Below are positions 1 to 13,600 of a stretch of 64,000 bases of DNA, piece by piece. The position numbers and the translations under genes were made by a program. This stretch comes from Pocillopora damicornis (Eukaryota), in the NCBI RefSeq assembly GCF_003704095.1, contig NW_020843402.1, positions 62,001 to 126,000 of the forward strand, written 5' to 3'. The stretch's first letter is position 1. The number at the start of each line of letters is the position of its first letter. Under the pieces are notes generated by a model. That model was not told the DNA's origin. It saw nothing but the letters and a program-made list of their open reading frames with translations, and searched no databases.

Positions 1-2577
1 AGACTGAAGCCAACATGGATTACTCCTTCCTCACTGAAATTCACCAAGAGTGCACTATATTTATAATAGATTTCACTTTTGAGTCAAATTGCTTTGTAGA
101 AAATGAAGATACTTCCATCCACACCTAAATTTTTTGTAGCTCTAACTGTTAGAAATTAAACTTGCTCAGAATAAAATAGAGTAAAGTTCAGATAAACAGT
201 TCCTTTTTCTTTTCTTGAACTGCAGAAAACTGCTGATATTGGAGGTGGACATCTTACCACAGATTTTCTTGATTGTTTGAAAGAAGAAATTGGTCAAATG
301 GGCAACTTGAGTGGAGCAGATTAAAATGTAATTCTTTGGCGATTTGTGAAATGTCATTTTCTTGTCAATTTTTTTTTGTTTAACGAAATTTTCAAGTTTT
401 CTTTGTTGTTGCTTGTTTGAAAGAAGATACTGTAAATTTTATGTAAAACATTTTCAAGTGATAATTAAAGGCTTTGTACAGATTTGTTATTTGTAACAGC
501 TTCACCCAATGTAGTCTACGCCTTCAAATGAAGATCTATATTTGTGATCTCCGTCATGGTGTTTTACGGTCTAACACTGAATGGCTTTAAACACCCAAAC
601 AATTATTTTAGTATTTTTACCTAATAACATAAAGTAAAATTGCGGCCTTAAAGATAAATAAAGTGACAAATGGCTTATCAAAGTGAAGTTATTTGCGGTT
701 GATTGTTTGACTCGCTGACGTTTTTGTGGTAATTCTTTCGATTTGTGATGATGTGGTGAGCCACATTAACTTGATGAAAGAAAACTTTTGCCACCAGATG
801 CTGAAAAGTGCTGCTAACTAAATTACGCGAAAAGTAATGGTGGCAGAAGGATATATCACCCATAAGTGGATAAGTCCCGTCAGAAGGATGAGTTGTTACA
901 TTTAAAGAGTTCCCATAAAAATCGTTATCTGTCAATGAAAATTGTTGAATGTTAGCGCAAAGCTTCCAATCAGCTCTCGCTCATTTTGGTCACGAAGTTT
1001 TGGGGAATCCATCTATAGAATTTCTGCATTTTTGTCCTGGTTATAGATCGGATTAGCTGAGGTTGTGCACTCAAACGTACATTTACAAGTGCACCCTCCC
1101 AGAGATCAAACAAACTCCTGAAATCACTTAATACCACTTCCTTCATGACCGACCTTCAATTGGTAGAGGCGCAAAATGATGGTCATGTCTTATCAAAAAA
1201 CGATCTCTGCACTAAATTTCGCTTATCCCTTCTATTTTGTATGAAGCAAATCTCTTATATATCACATGCATTATTTCTTTCACTACTCGTTGTAAACTCT
1301 TGAGCGAGCTACGTTCCTGCATATTAAAGGTTGAAATGTTTCGGAAAAGTTCAAACAGGTCGTCTACAAGCAGACCTGGTGGAATAATCGACAGACACAA
1401 TTGCGTGTCAACGTGAGGCATAGAAGAACATCAAGCACGAAAGTAAATTCCTACCCTAAAAACTTTACTAGCTGTGTTATTTCTCAGAAATCAGTCAAAA
1501 TTAGGGGGAGGGGGGGGGGGTTCTTTGGTAAAACACCGGTTACGACTTCTTTTTCTTTGTTATATATTTATCAACGGTTTAAACTTGCCTTACCTGATGC
1601 CAAGAAGATTTTCAACTTAGTATCCGTGAGAATAATTTAATCCTAAAGATTAAATTAAAGACTTCAGAAAAATGTCTTGTTATTTTTCAACCTCAAGTAA
1701 ATGGAGCAAAATGTTTCGTTTCTTTCGTTCGTGATAAAATTTTTTTCCTTGTCATCATCACCATCATCATAATTGTTATTATTATTACTATTATTATTAT
1801 CCAAGTACGGAATGTTTTATGCATGGACCAGCCATGGTCAGAGATATCGCCCTTCGACAGTGCTATAAAAGTTTCATAAGTGTTTCCCCCTTCAAGTTTA
1901 ATTTACTTAATGACTCCTAGGATCAATTCTAATTTTTTTTTTACAAAAGGATTTGTGAAGATTATCAGTTAAAATTGTCCACAAAGCATCCTCGCTGTGT
2001 TTACAATATTTTGATGTGATCAGAATTCACTTTTAAGCGGAAAAGAATGTTTTTCATTCAACACGAAGGAGGGGAGGGGTGGGGTACGTGGGCTTGGATA
2101 AGGTTTCAGGGCTCTAGGGCGGGATATGAACCGGCAGAAGGAGCAGCAAAAGAAATCACTAAGTGCCTGAATCAACAGGATTCCTCGAAAGAAGCATTAG
2201 CGACTTTAATTAACCAACAAAAGGCTTCATTATACTTGTTCTTGTGTTTTAACAAAGTTATCAGATCTGTAACGTACAGAAAACTCAGAGGGGTGTTGAA
2301 TGAAGTCAACGAGGGGATGGTTGAGTGATTTATTTGCCCTGGTAATCACCTGAGCAACTTTGCTGAGACTGTTATTCATCTTTAATTCACCTTAGGCCCG
2401 GTGAATTTTGTTGAATAATCCTCTCACTACGAATCGCCGATCATTTGACTAAAATTTATGTACTTGGCCATTGGAATTTGGTAATTGTTGACTAAAATGT
2501 AAGTGTTAATAACTTATTTTATCACTGACACGAGTTCTGTGGAGCTGGAAGGTCAAAGTAGGTAAAGAACGAGTAAA

Positions 2578-2789
2578 GAGGGGGGCATTGGGATTTTCGA
2601 TTTTGCGGTTTTGGCTATTTTTTAGATCAGTTTTTGCGCCACAAAACTTTGGTTTTTCGGTTTTGATGTTCATTGCGGTTTGCGGATTTTCCGTTATTTA
2701 GCATTTGGTTTTCGGTTTTCGCGACGACTTTTTTTTGGACGATTTTTTCTACGGTTTTGCGGTTTCTAATAGGCCCCAATGGCCCCCTT
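2578..2789. mobile_element. Non-autonomous DNA transposon (MITE) with ~15-bp terminal inverted repeats and an apparent 6-bp target-site duplication
   Basis: Left end GAGGGGGGCATTGGG and right end CCCAATGGCCCCCTT are imperfect inverted repeats. AGTAAA flanks both sides (2572-2577, 2790-2795). Internal CGGTTTT sub-repeats. Confidence 0.7.
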
Positions 2790-5700
2790 AGTAAAAAACA
2801 CCGCTTTTCCGGCGCGCTGTTCGTCAGGCTGATGGGGAAGTATAATTACAAACAAACAAAGCGACGGTCAGGTAGACAAAATGATATGATCAAACAAACA
2901 GGACACAAAAACGAATAGAAAAGAAAACTTTGCTTCGTGTCTCATAATACTATATGCTGCATGTGTCCTTACTTAGGGAAGTTAAAGCCACTGTCACCAT
3001 CAGGGATCTCCCTAATATAAGCCATTTAAGGCTTCTTTGGCTATATCAGGACTGACGATAGGTTTTGTGATCTGAATCATATGTTGCATACAGCTCAAAA
3101 GCTCATGGCCCCCACAAAATTAAAATAAGGAACTTCCTCGGTTACTCAAAACATTGCTACCGAATGCTTGTTAAGAACAATTTTTACCGAAAATATCCAT
3201 TTTTGTGCAAATGGTTTTAACCAGTGAACTTTCGTTGATGTTTGAGGTTTAATCCGACTCATTTATCAAAATAATAAGTCTTACAGTCTTCAAAGTTTCT
3301 GTCAAGGATAGAATCCAAGTGACATTTTATCTAACAGCTAAATGACATTTCAACCCACAACACGTCCTTCATGGGATTTTAATTTGTGGCTGACAGGAAA
3401 TACGAAATCGAGCACGCGATGAATGAGTTGTAAATAAGACCTAGCACCGCCATTATACTGACAGTAACGGAGCACAGCTTGTAGTACAAGGTAGAATGTT
3501 CACCTGCAGATAGCGTGAGTAAATTGCTTTAGTTTGCTGAAGAATAGCAAAGTCGTCTTTCTTATGACGAGGTCTTGAAAATTTTTGAAGGGGTTTCGGA
3601 CTGGGCTTCTGTTTTTCATTAATAATTTTTCTGAGCCTTAACCTCTGAACCATTCCAGTCAGAGGGCTTTCTAAGTTGTTCATGTTTTTCAAGAAATCCT
3701 TTTGAATCTATTCATTGTGCTCTCAAATTTGTTGGCCATTCCTAAGCGTCTTTACTTAAATTCCACTCATGAAATAGCATCACGTTCAAAACCACCAAAA
3801 TAAACAGTTTCTCACGTTTGATCGGAGATGAGAGTATTGTTCGATGACGTAAGATCTTAGGGTTTAGATTATTGTAAACACGGACAGTGTTCGTTCATAG
3901 TGCAAAAGAGCGCCTTTTGATGCGAAATGTGCATTGTATCAGCTTTCTTGTTTTTTGAGTGTGAGAATGAGAATAAGGGATTAAAGAATATGGATCAAGT
4001 AGAACATCAGGAAAAGATTAGAAGGCAGAATATCGATCGAAACATGTTTATATTTTTATGGACGTCACCGTAACTGAATTATCTGTATGTTGATTATGTT
4101 GGTGGCAGGACTCAGTGAACGATGGTCACCAGACTCATCTCATTATCCTCTGATAAGCAAGAGTGACTCAAATCTCAACATGCTTAAAATACAATAAAAT
4201 AGCTGCATTGCAGTTAGGCTCAAGCAGGCAGAAAATAAATTCTATTTGTAGTCGTCTTTCATTACTTGAGAGGTCAGGTTGTAGATAAATACATGAATCC
4301 CATTGAAGCACATTGACCACTTTCTCAATTGAGTTACACTCTGTTACGTGAAACAACTTCTTCACTTCGGCAAGCTTCAGGGTGACTCTGCCAAAAATGC
4401 CTTTCCTCAAGTTGTCTGAATAAAAGTAGGCAATGGTGCTTTTAAAAATATTGTATTCCATCCATAAACTGCTTTGAATTAAGGATTAAGTGGCGTACGG
4501 TTTTATATGACTGAACACTGGACTAATCTCTCTAATAACAAACTAAACGACAAAACGCTGAAACTGAAATACACTTTTTTGTTGTTGTTGTTGTATGACG
4601 CACAACACGGTTACAATATGATTCTGTTTTCACCCGTTTTAAGCCCGAGCATAGCTGAAAAACCGCATGAAAACAAGACGCTATCCCGCATATAGAATAT
4701 CACAATTATTCAGAAAACAGCTTAGGAGTTAAAATGAAAATGAACAGTTCCAACCATTATCCTAAAAAGAAGGAAATCTCTGTTTTAAGAACTATTATTG
4801 TAGCGGATTCTTTGCGTATTTAGTCTAGTAAGAGACGTGCAGTGAAACAAAGATTCACGAAATATTAATGTTAGTATGTCACATTTCCACCATCAGCGAT
4901 TAACAAGAACCATCAAAAGCATACTGTAACTTTTTCAGGCGACAAATTCAAAGATGTAAATGACAGATCTGAATCGCTCCGTTTCTTTGACAGAGGAAGT
5001 TTTTCTTAATCACACTCATGAAAAACTCAGTGTTCAACCTGGCAGTGTGAAAGTTTAATTGGGGTTAATTTCTTGTAAAGTGTAGTAACTTATGGACTGT
5101 ACGTTACGCCTCAAGCTCTTTTTAAGGTGAATATCTAAGTTTTGGCGGTGAACTCATTGCTCAATTCTCCAACCGCCCCGTGTTAAATTGTGAGAGGATT
5201 GCTGTGAAGTTCTTTTGCTAAGGTGACGAAATTAACATGCTACAAATTTTTGCAATAGATTAAGTCGGAATTATAAGAGAAAGTCCAGCTTAACTTGAAA
5301 TTAAGTCTAAAAATAACAATAACAACAACAACAAGACCAGCCTGATGAAACGCAGGTAAGCTGATGAACCTACGTTATCAAGTCTCACCAACTGAGTCCA
5401 AAGTTTCATCTCTTAAAAAATCTACATAGAGAGGCTTTCTGTAGAAAATTCCGTGAAATTGTTGCTGCAAAATAGTGGATTAGGAGTACATTTTTTATCG
5501 CTTAACACACGAACAGCGGGGAATGAATCATGAATCATAATCCCGGCCACGGACAAATATAGACTTTTCCCTGACCACCCAGGGTTCTCATATGTTATAA
5601 CAGCAAAAGCTGTAGAGCTCTTTTAGGACATTTTTTCTTTTCTTTCAGTATGGGAGCCGAATAACAAGCGACCAACAAACACGAACATGTGGGGTTTGTC

Positions 5701-7092
5701 TTTGCTTTACGATCTACATACCGTAATCCAGTTCTCAGTGCTCGAAAAAAATGATAAGCAATTCCCGAAAAAAAAAAGGAAAAAAAAAAAACAGTGTGGT
5801 AGGTGTCCTACTTTTCAGGACAAAATAATTGTTTATAAAAACAGGATCAATAAAAAGTTAGCAGTCATATTTTAGCGAACGTTTTCCAAACTCTTACACG
5901 TGATTTCAAACCAGCGCAATTTGCCCTCACCAACAATAAAATCAAGCCTTCTGTTATTGTTTACCTATTTGGGAGAGATATAACAGACCTCACCCCCGCT
6001 GAGGATGGACATTTCAAAGGTCCTTCTGACACCACGTAGTAAAACATTCAGTGTTTCCTGGATGTCCCACCCAAATTACGTTCCCCATTACGTTAGGGAA
6101 CAGTTAACTCATGAGAGTAAATCTGGATAAGTTGATGATTAGACAAATTATTCATTCCTTCACGGACTAAAGAAACATTCTCACGCCTCAAAATTGTTTT
6201 TCTTTCGGCTAAACATGTTTTCCTGTCGGTAACAGTAATTTAACTCCTACAGCTTATCGTAGCTTGAGAAGTAACTTAGCTGAAGACCACTGCATGTCTT
6301 CTGCAAAACATAACTATGCTTATCAACAGAAGAACAGACAAATGTATAACGTGCTGAATGTGTCGGCGATTGGCTGTAATACCATAGCGAGCTAAACGAG
6401 CACACATGCCGTGAAATGCAGATTAAATAATTGCTTTATTTTTCATCAGGGTCATAAATCACTAACCTCTTGAATAGCCTGTATTTAAACTCTATTTCGG
6501 AAGGAGCCCTAATGGCGCCTTCAACATTTTAGCGCCGTTTGCGTGCAGAATAAGAAAATAATTAGTCATATAAAACACATGTAATAAGGTTATTGATCGC
6601 CTGAGGTCGTGCCACAGTTGTCAATCCTGTTTGTAAAGTTCTCTGAGGAATCAAAGGCTTACCGACTTCCTGTGAAAGATACTGTCAGTATTGACAGACG
6701 GTGTATCCTCTAAATTAGTCAATAGTTGGCTTTCCGCTTCTAAGTGGTCTTAACTGAAGATTTATTAAGATTCTGAGGAAAATTAATTCGAAATCAGTTG
6801 AATTAGCGGCTCGCGACATCTGAAGAGCGCATATCGTATGTTCCGTTGGCCACTTGTCTCCAGGTCTTGCGTGTTAAACTGCCGATAGCAGTCTGTGATA
6901 ACCTTCGCTCTTGAATCTTCAATTTCCATCTGATAACTTCATCTACTGACAGACCACAGACACTGCCAAGGCAAGTCTATTTTTGATACTGATCGTTTAC
7001 AAATAAAAGCCTTAATAGTGACTGTAAATGTTTTATTGTTCCTGGTAGTATTGTATTGGTGCACGCGCTGTTCGTGACTTGCTCTGTTTGGG

Positions 7093-7128
7093 CGCCACAT
7101 CGTATCGCCACCTCGTATCGCCACCTCG
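7093..7128. repeat. 13-bp tandem repeat (CGCCAC[A/C]TCGTAT, ~2.7 copies) upstream of the EGF gene
   Basis: cgccacatcgtat cgccacctcgtat cgccacctcg seen directly. Confidence 0.8.
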
Positions 7129-7656
7129 GTATTCTATGTTTTACTTACTTTCTCTCTTGGGTTAAACTCATGACTTTTGTTTTCACTAGCGAAGAGCTGT
7201 AGTTTGGTAAACATGTAATCTAAACCTGTTATTCATGGTGAAGGTTTTTTTGCCTTTAAACCCCATTTGAGGTCTCCTTCAATCTCCCAATTGACTGATT
7301 TGCTCGTGCTACGTGTGGGTGGCTGTCACAGTAACGCTTGTTGGGACATGCAATGGATAACCTGAAAGAAATATTCTCTTTTTCTCGTCAATTGATAATT
7401 TGGATCACAGCAGGGTTACGGAAATTTGAGCCCCATTAGGTTAGCGTATATTATTGCGTAGTGAAATCCATTCCGTCTCACTCTGTGACTTTTTTTCATC
7501 GCAGGTTTAAGCCGCGTTAAACTCTCTTGACTACACGTTGATCTGAGGATCCGCTGTGGTCTGAAAAGCTCTATAAGAACTGAACGAGAAACAAGAACGT
7601 GGTCAGACTGGTATTTTCCAGAAATAAAAGAGGAAGCATTTCAAGAGTGGTACACC

Positions 7657-10600
7657 ATGAATTTACAAGTTAAGTTTGCGCTGATGTGCGCGGTGTGTGT
7701 GATGTGCGTATTTAAATCGTGTGAAGCTCGATCCAAACGAATTCGACCTGTGATCCACAAATCATTGCTTGTTGTTGACGAACAAGGAATCGATGTAATC
7801 ACAGATGCGTCCGAGTTGACCAAGAATGCTATGACCAAGTCTCGCAAACGGATTTTTATGGACGACCACAATTTTATCAAGCGGGTGGCATTGGTTGAGT
7901 CTTTCCTAAACAAAACATCGAAGGAAGGCGGGCCGTGGAGCATAGAAGAGTGCGCTTTTAAATCGACGCAAAACAAGCGGAAGGAAAACAAGCAGCTGGC
8001 TGCGCTTCACAAGAACATACGCCGTACATTTGGTGTGACTTGGTCCAAAATCAAATACAGAGATTTACGGAGACCCCTTTACTCCGTTTTGGCCGCCAGG
8101 ATTATCCTGGAAATGGCTGTACCGTCAATTCCCCGTGGTTTGAGAAATCAAGCCAGGCTTTGGTTGGAGACCTACCATGAATGCGCAAAGAAACTCAGCC
8201 ACCCACAAGTATGGGAAGACACGAGGAGCAGATTTATACGAGGCGAGTGTTTTGATTTGTTTTATTTTATCCTAGAGTTTATCCTAAGCAGTAGTAAAAT
8301 GTCTCATGTAAAAGGAATTTTAAGCTTAACAGAGGAATGCAAGCATTTAAACCGGAAGCTCAGTAGTGGGTTCCGGTTCGGGACATATTTACACTGATTA
8401 AACCGTACAAGGAACCAAAAGTAGAAGGGTCCTTGAGAAATACGTGAGTGGTTCTATTTTTGCATGGTTTATTAGGGAAGTCGGCCTTTAGAGTAGCATT
8501 CTCAATGACCCGTGTGTAAGTAATTTTCTGCTATTTCTACCGCGTGCGTCCGGGGAGAAAATTGATCTACAGATGTCGCTCACGCAAGACCCTTACTTTG
8601 TACTTTATATCCTAACCGTGTGCTATTCTGAGAGAGATAGGCCACGAAAGAAGTGCTTTTCTATAGAGGCATGAATAGAATGATTCTACCATCATTTTTC
8701 AAACAACCGTGTGGTATTCGCAAATAAGCAAGTAGCGGCTAATGGCCCAAGATAAATCTCAAATTTCTGAACCAAAATACCCGTCATTAGTGAGAGGAAT
8801 TGGTTACAGCTTTAAAAAGGGCTGTGTCAGCCTTCCTATCCCAGAAAACCTGATCTTTCAGGTTTTTTGCTTACCCTGTGGTCTCGGGGTAGTTTTGAAT
8901 TCGCGGTAGTAGCATCGTCTTTCAAGTTGTAAAAAAGTTATGAAGGAGAAATCTGCAAAAACTACGGTGTTCTTTATTACTTGTAAGCCTGGCAGTTGTT
9001 TAAACCTGTTAAAAGAAATATGTCGCTTGTTGTACTCAGAGTTTCTTCTCGATGTTCCCCTTATTATTGATGGAGATAAGTGTTTCATATGCGAGATATT
9101 GAAATATGTTTTTTTCCCTTTTTTCATTAACCAGTTACAAGGCGACATTTTTTTTGGCGGCCGCAATTTCACATGAGGTCAACAAGCAACTTGAAGTACG
9201 GGTATTGATTAAGTTAGGCGATAAGATAACTGTAGGGAAAGAGTTTGGCACGTTAGCGGTAAGCCCGAACTGAATAAGTAACAGCTGAAGAGCTGTGAGA
9301 ACCGTAAGGAAAGAAGCTTGCCAAAGAAGCTTGAAAAACTACAAAAATGCCGATCAAATAAGGAAAAAATGCTAAAGAGTTGAGATTTGCTTCAGCTTGG
9401 CGTTTGGCTACTTTTCCAAACTTCTAATGATGTTTGATTTGCCTCACAGAGCCACATTCCTTCCAGACTGTTCGGCTCTGAATACGAAGAAGACGTAAAA
9501 AATCTCCTGCTAAAATTTCTTTTGACTAAAATTCGAGCTTTTTTATCGTTTGATGAGAAAAACACATTCTACATTAGGAAATCGCACTGGCATTTTCAGA
9601 GGTAAAAGGTTGCGTATTTGAGAGCAAACGTTATTCCTAAATCACAGTGGATGCAAGGATGGTTTAAGATTTGTTTTTAAAACCCTTTCATTCTTCCGGA
9701 CTCTTGTTTTTCTTATCAAAACTATGTTTTTTCATTCAGTTCAGTTTGAAAGCAGTTGGAATGGCTTGAAGATAAAAACAATCGGAGGCGATGAACAAAC
9801 AGGATTTGTGGAAAATCCTAAATGTAAACATCATTTCAAATACCGATTACTCATTCGGTGGCATTCAGTTTATTTACCCCTGCACGTTTTTGCTGTCGAT
9901 TATGTTGACACATGTTTCGTTATCGAAAATATGTATTTGTTCAAGAATAACGAAGAGGAAAGTACTTAATAGTTTGGCTATGATTATATTTCCTGTTTGC
10001 CAACCATCGATTGATTCAGCCCACCCGCATGTCAATCGTTGACACCTAAGTTTTTTTTCCACCCATGCACGAGGCTTCTGAGCTTACTGTGCTGTTCATT
10101 TTGACGGAGCTTATTCGTGATTATCCTTGGCAATTGTTTGTTTAGTCTTGTGAAACATTCTGATATTTCCACAGTACAAGCTAGTGCTCCAATAAAGTTT
10201 TTCGCCTTGTAATGATTGCTGTGCACCCTGGTCGGTCGCTGAGTGGAGTTTCATTGAGCACCAGATTTCGAGAGATATCAATACTTAGTTTATCTTAAAA
10301 AGAAAAAGAGTTGCTTTTAAGGGTTAAGCATCTTCACTTTATGTTTTTCCCACGAGAAACTTTTTTCAGGCCCATAACAAACAGCGAACTGATGAAAAGA
10401 AGTTGTCAATAAGAAAATTCATTATTCGAAATTTTAACTGATGTCATTGCTATACACGTGAATATGGTTTATTACCTATGGCCGATTGCATTTTTTCTAC
10501 GGTTAAAAAACGGAGATAGTTATGAACAAGCAGAAGTGCCCAACAATTTCCGTATTTTTTCGTGGAACTGGTTTGTTGTCCCACGCCGAGATGACCATTT

Positions 10601-13600
10601 CATACTTCCTCATCTTTGATATACAGCTGGGTTAAATTTCCTCTACTCAGTCACAGTAATGTTTGTGTTTTTTGTCACGTGATACTCTGCCTTCGTTGGG
10701 CGAAGACAGAAAAAAACCTTATTTCATTTATCGTAATTATATTCGCATGAACTAAGGATTACCAAAAAACAAACGATCGATGAATTTGGGACGATAGAAA
10801 AAGATCCTTCGACTTGACGTTGGCATAGTGGGAAACAGATGCAGTTACAATGTGAAGAGCTGTGTGTAATTCACAATCGTTTTGTTGATGTCATGATATA
10901 CATATGAATTAAAAATTTATGTAACATCTACATCAAGCTCCCTATCTGTTTTTATTTTCGCCTTCTGCTTCACGACTCTGGTTTTATTTTCTCTGGCTCA
11001 GCTGCTGGTCAATTTAGAGGAAATGTTTAGAGATATACAAAGTCTTTTTCTTTTTGCACGACGAGATCGAAGAAATGAAAAACTCCTCGATATCTTTGAA
11101 GATTTTCTGTTTGAAGTTTCCCAATGTTTTCTTGGACAAAAGCGGCTGACTCGGAAAAAAGAAACTTAGAACTCATTCCGGAGACACCAATCTGCGGTTT
11201 TCAACCAACTACTTTGAGAGTCATGTCTCACGCAAGCCGTCGAATTGGTGGTTTTAATCACGATCAGTTCAATTTATCTGCGATCTTTAAGACGTCTAGG
11301 TGCAAGGTCACATTAGGATGCTTTTTAATTATGCCTCTCAATAGCCATATTGAATTCGTTCTTAAAGATCTTAACCTGTATCTGTAGATGGTAAATGCGG
11401 GCATAAGTGTGATATTGCGGTGATTTTTTTAGCGCATATATTCGAAAAAAGATCCAATTATGATCCTAATTGAATCAGTATATCTGGTTTACAGGCTTGA
11501 CCTCATGTCTCCCTCTGATGTGTTTAATAAACTCCAATTCTTTTCACTCTAGTAGAGGAAGAATCAAACACATTGTAGCCGACCTCACTTTTTTTTTTTC
11601 TTCAATTCGTAAACTATTGCCGAGGGCATGGGATCTTTTTCTTTAGAAGGTCACCCTAACCTTCAGAAAAGCAAAATAAACTCGAGATTTCCTCCCAGGA
11701 GTCTGCACATTTCCGATGGGTTTTTATGTCAGCACGTACATATCAAATAAGAACCGTTAGTTTTTATAAAAAAAGCCTTTTAGCAAAAAGGGGCAAACAG
11801 TATCATAGTGGAGGCCGATTTCATGAAAACAAACCCTTCAATATGGTTTGCGCGCACGCGAATTTACGAATTGAGCATCTTCATTAGACGGAAAAAGTCA
11901 AGTTAAAGAAAGCACGATGGACTCAATAATGAACTTACAGGCCCAAACTTGCGACAAACTCTGCGGCGGGTAATTTGAAATTGAGCAATATCTCAATTCA
12001 TCATATACTCTCATTTTCTGTGGTAACCGAAAAACCGCAGATTTTCTTAGGTTGGCGAAAGCCGAGAAACCAATCCCCTATTCGCAAAAGCGAACTTTCT
12101 GATGCACCTCTTGATATTTTTTGCACCTTTAGAAATTATCGTGAAGTAATCAGCAACTTGACAAACTGCATTCTGAAAACATAAAATAGTTCGATATACC
12201 TCTAACAATGCAGAAAGCCGTGACTGTTCTGTATATTATTACTTATCGGTCAAGTACCAACGGAAATAGTGTCGAGCTGGTCAGGTGAGATGATCATTGA
12301 TTATTAGATTTATATTACCTTTCACGAGTCTAGACATACAGAGGACATGCAAAAGAAATCAGAAGTATCAGCGAACTTTACAGTAAGAAGGAACCTTAAA
12401 TATTTGTAAGCAGACTTAATATGCTTTTACTTTTGTGGTTGGCATGTTAATGGTTTTTTAGTAAAAATCGTTGCCGCTCAGCTCCAGGTCAGTGAAGAGG
12501 ATAAGGTCATGGAATAAACTCACCTACTTATCCGGTGATAGGATTTGTAGCAAAGAGATTTCCGTAAATTCTCTTTTTCCCTCGCAAGAATCCCATGAAG
12601 TATAATTGATCATTATTCAATTTCAGCCTCTCTCCTTGTTGATAATCAAACGAACCCCCAGGCCATTTATGATAGCGTTTCGAGCGTTAGCCCTTAGTCA
12701 GAGCGAAGGACGAAGGGCGAACGCTCGAAACGTCAGCCTTTAAACTCTTTACGGTGACCAATTTACGTTTCCAACTCAGTTGATAACATTAAATCACCCT
12801 GTGATAATCTCTTAACGACGCAGCACTACGGTTTCTTTAGAAACTTACCTCCTTTATCTATTTATAATGGGTTAGGGCCGCGTCAGCATTACAAGAGATT
12901 AAAAGATGTGTTTGTAAAATGAACTCAGAGCTTCACCTGGTGAAGTGAGAAGAATTGAAGTCGTCTGAGGTATAAAACAACCCCGCATCAGTTTCTTTAT
13001 CCTAGGGTTTCAGTAAGCGTTAAGTGTCCTAAAACTCCCCATCAGCAGTCCTGACTGAAGGCTTAAGCTCAAAGTGAACGACGCATTGTTTTCTTCTTTT
13101 CTTTTAGCGTAGTGCTACGGCACTGATCTTCTTTAATATACATCAACTCGCCGGGAATGATTTTGGACATGATACGATTATCAACAACCGGGGTGCAGTT
13201 GTCCAAAGAGCTAAATCGCTATCCAGCGGATAAGAGCTAACAAAATGTACCGTGCTATTCACCGTATAGGGAGTTACTCGGCGGATAGCGTTATTTAACC
13301 TTCCAACAACCGGCCGGGGCCAGTTACAGATAGCTTCCTTTTTTTCCCTTGGTTATTACTTGTGTCTCTCTGTTTCTCTTTGGTTGACGAGAGCATCTGA
13401 GCGTGAGACTTTTGCTCGTTTACAGGCTACTGAAATACTTAAAAGGCATATTTTGTACGCGTAGTTTAGCTGTGTGATTTTCTAGATCAATGAAAAAGTG
13501 ACCAAAGCTGACCAAACGCCCTTGGGTAACGAGGACTGAGAAGTTGTACTGATTTGGGAAGCTATTTTACTTTTAATGTATTTACTTGGACATTCCATTA

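Noticed and set aside
5335-5385. Two CTGATGA motifs suggestive of a hammerhead or C/D snoRNA
   Set aside because: No stem II/GAAA arrangement or terminal stem could be built.
1-7600. Short ORFs in the first 7.6 kb
   Set aside because: No recognisable domains, no consistent splice chain, low-complexity or repeat-derived; treated as intergenic/upstream DNA.
7641-7991. 116-aa minus-strand ORF
   Set aside because: Antisense shadow of the real exon 7657-8242.
9724-10062. Overlapping ORFs in the EGF-gene intron
   Set aside because: No domain signal and no convincing phase-1 exon boundaries.
11388-11390. Possible 3-nt microexon (tgtag|ATG|gtaaat) in the long EGF-gene intron
   Set aside because: Frame-neutral and not needed to build the protein; such motifs occur by chance.
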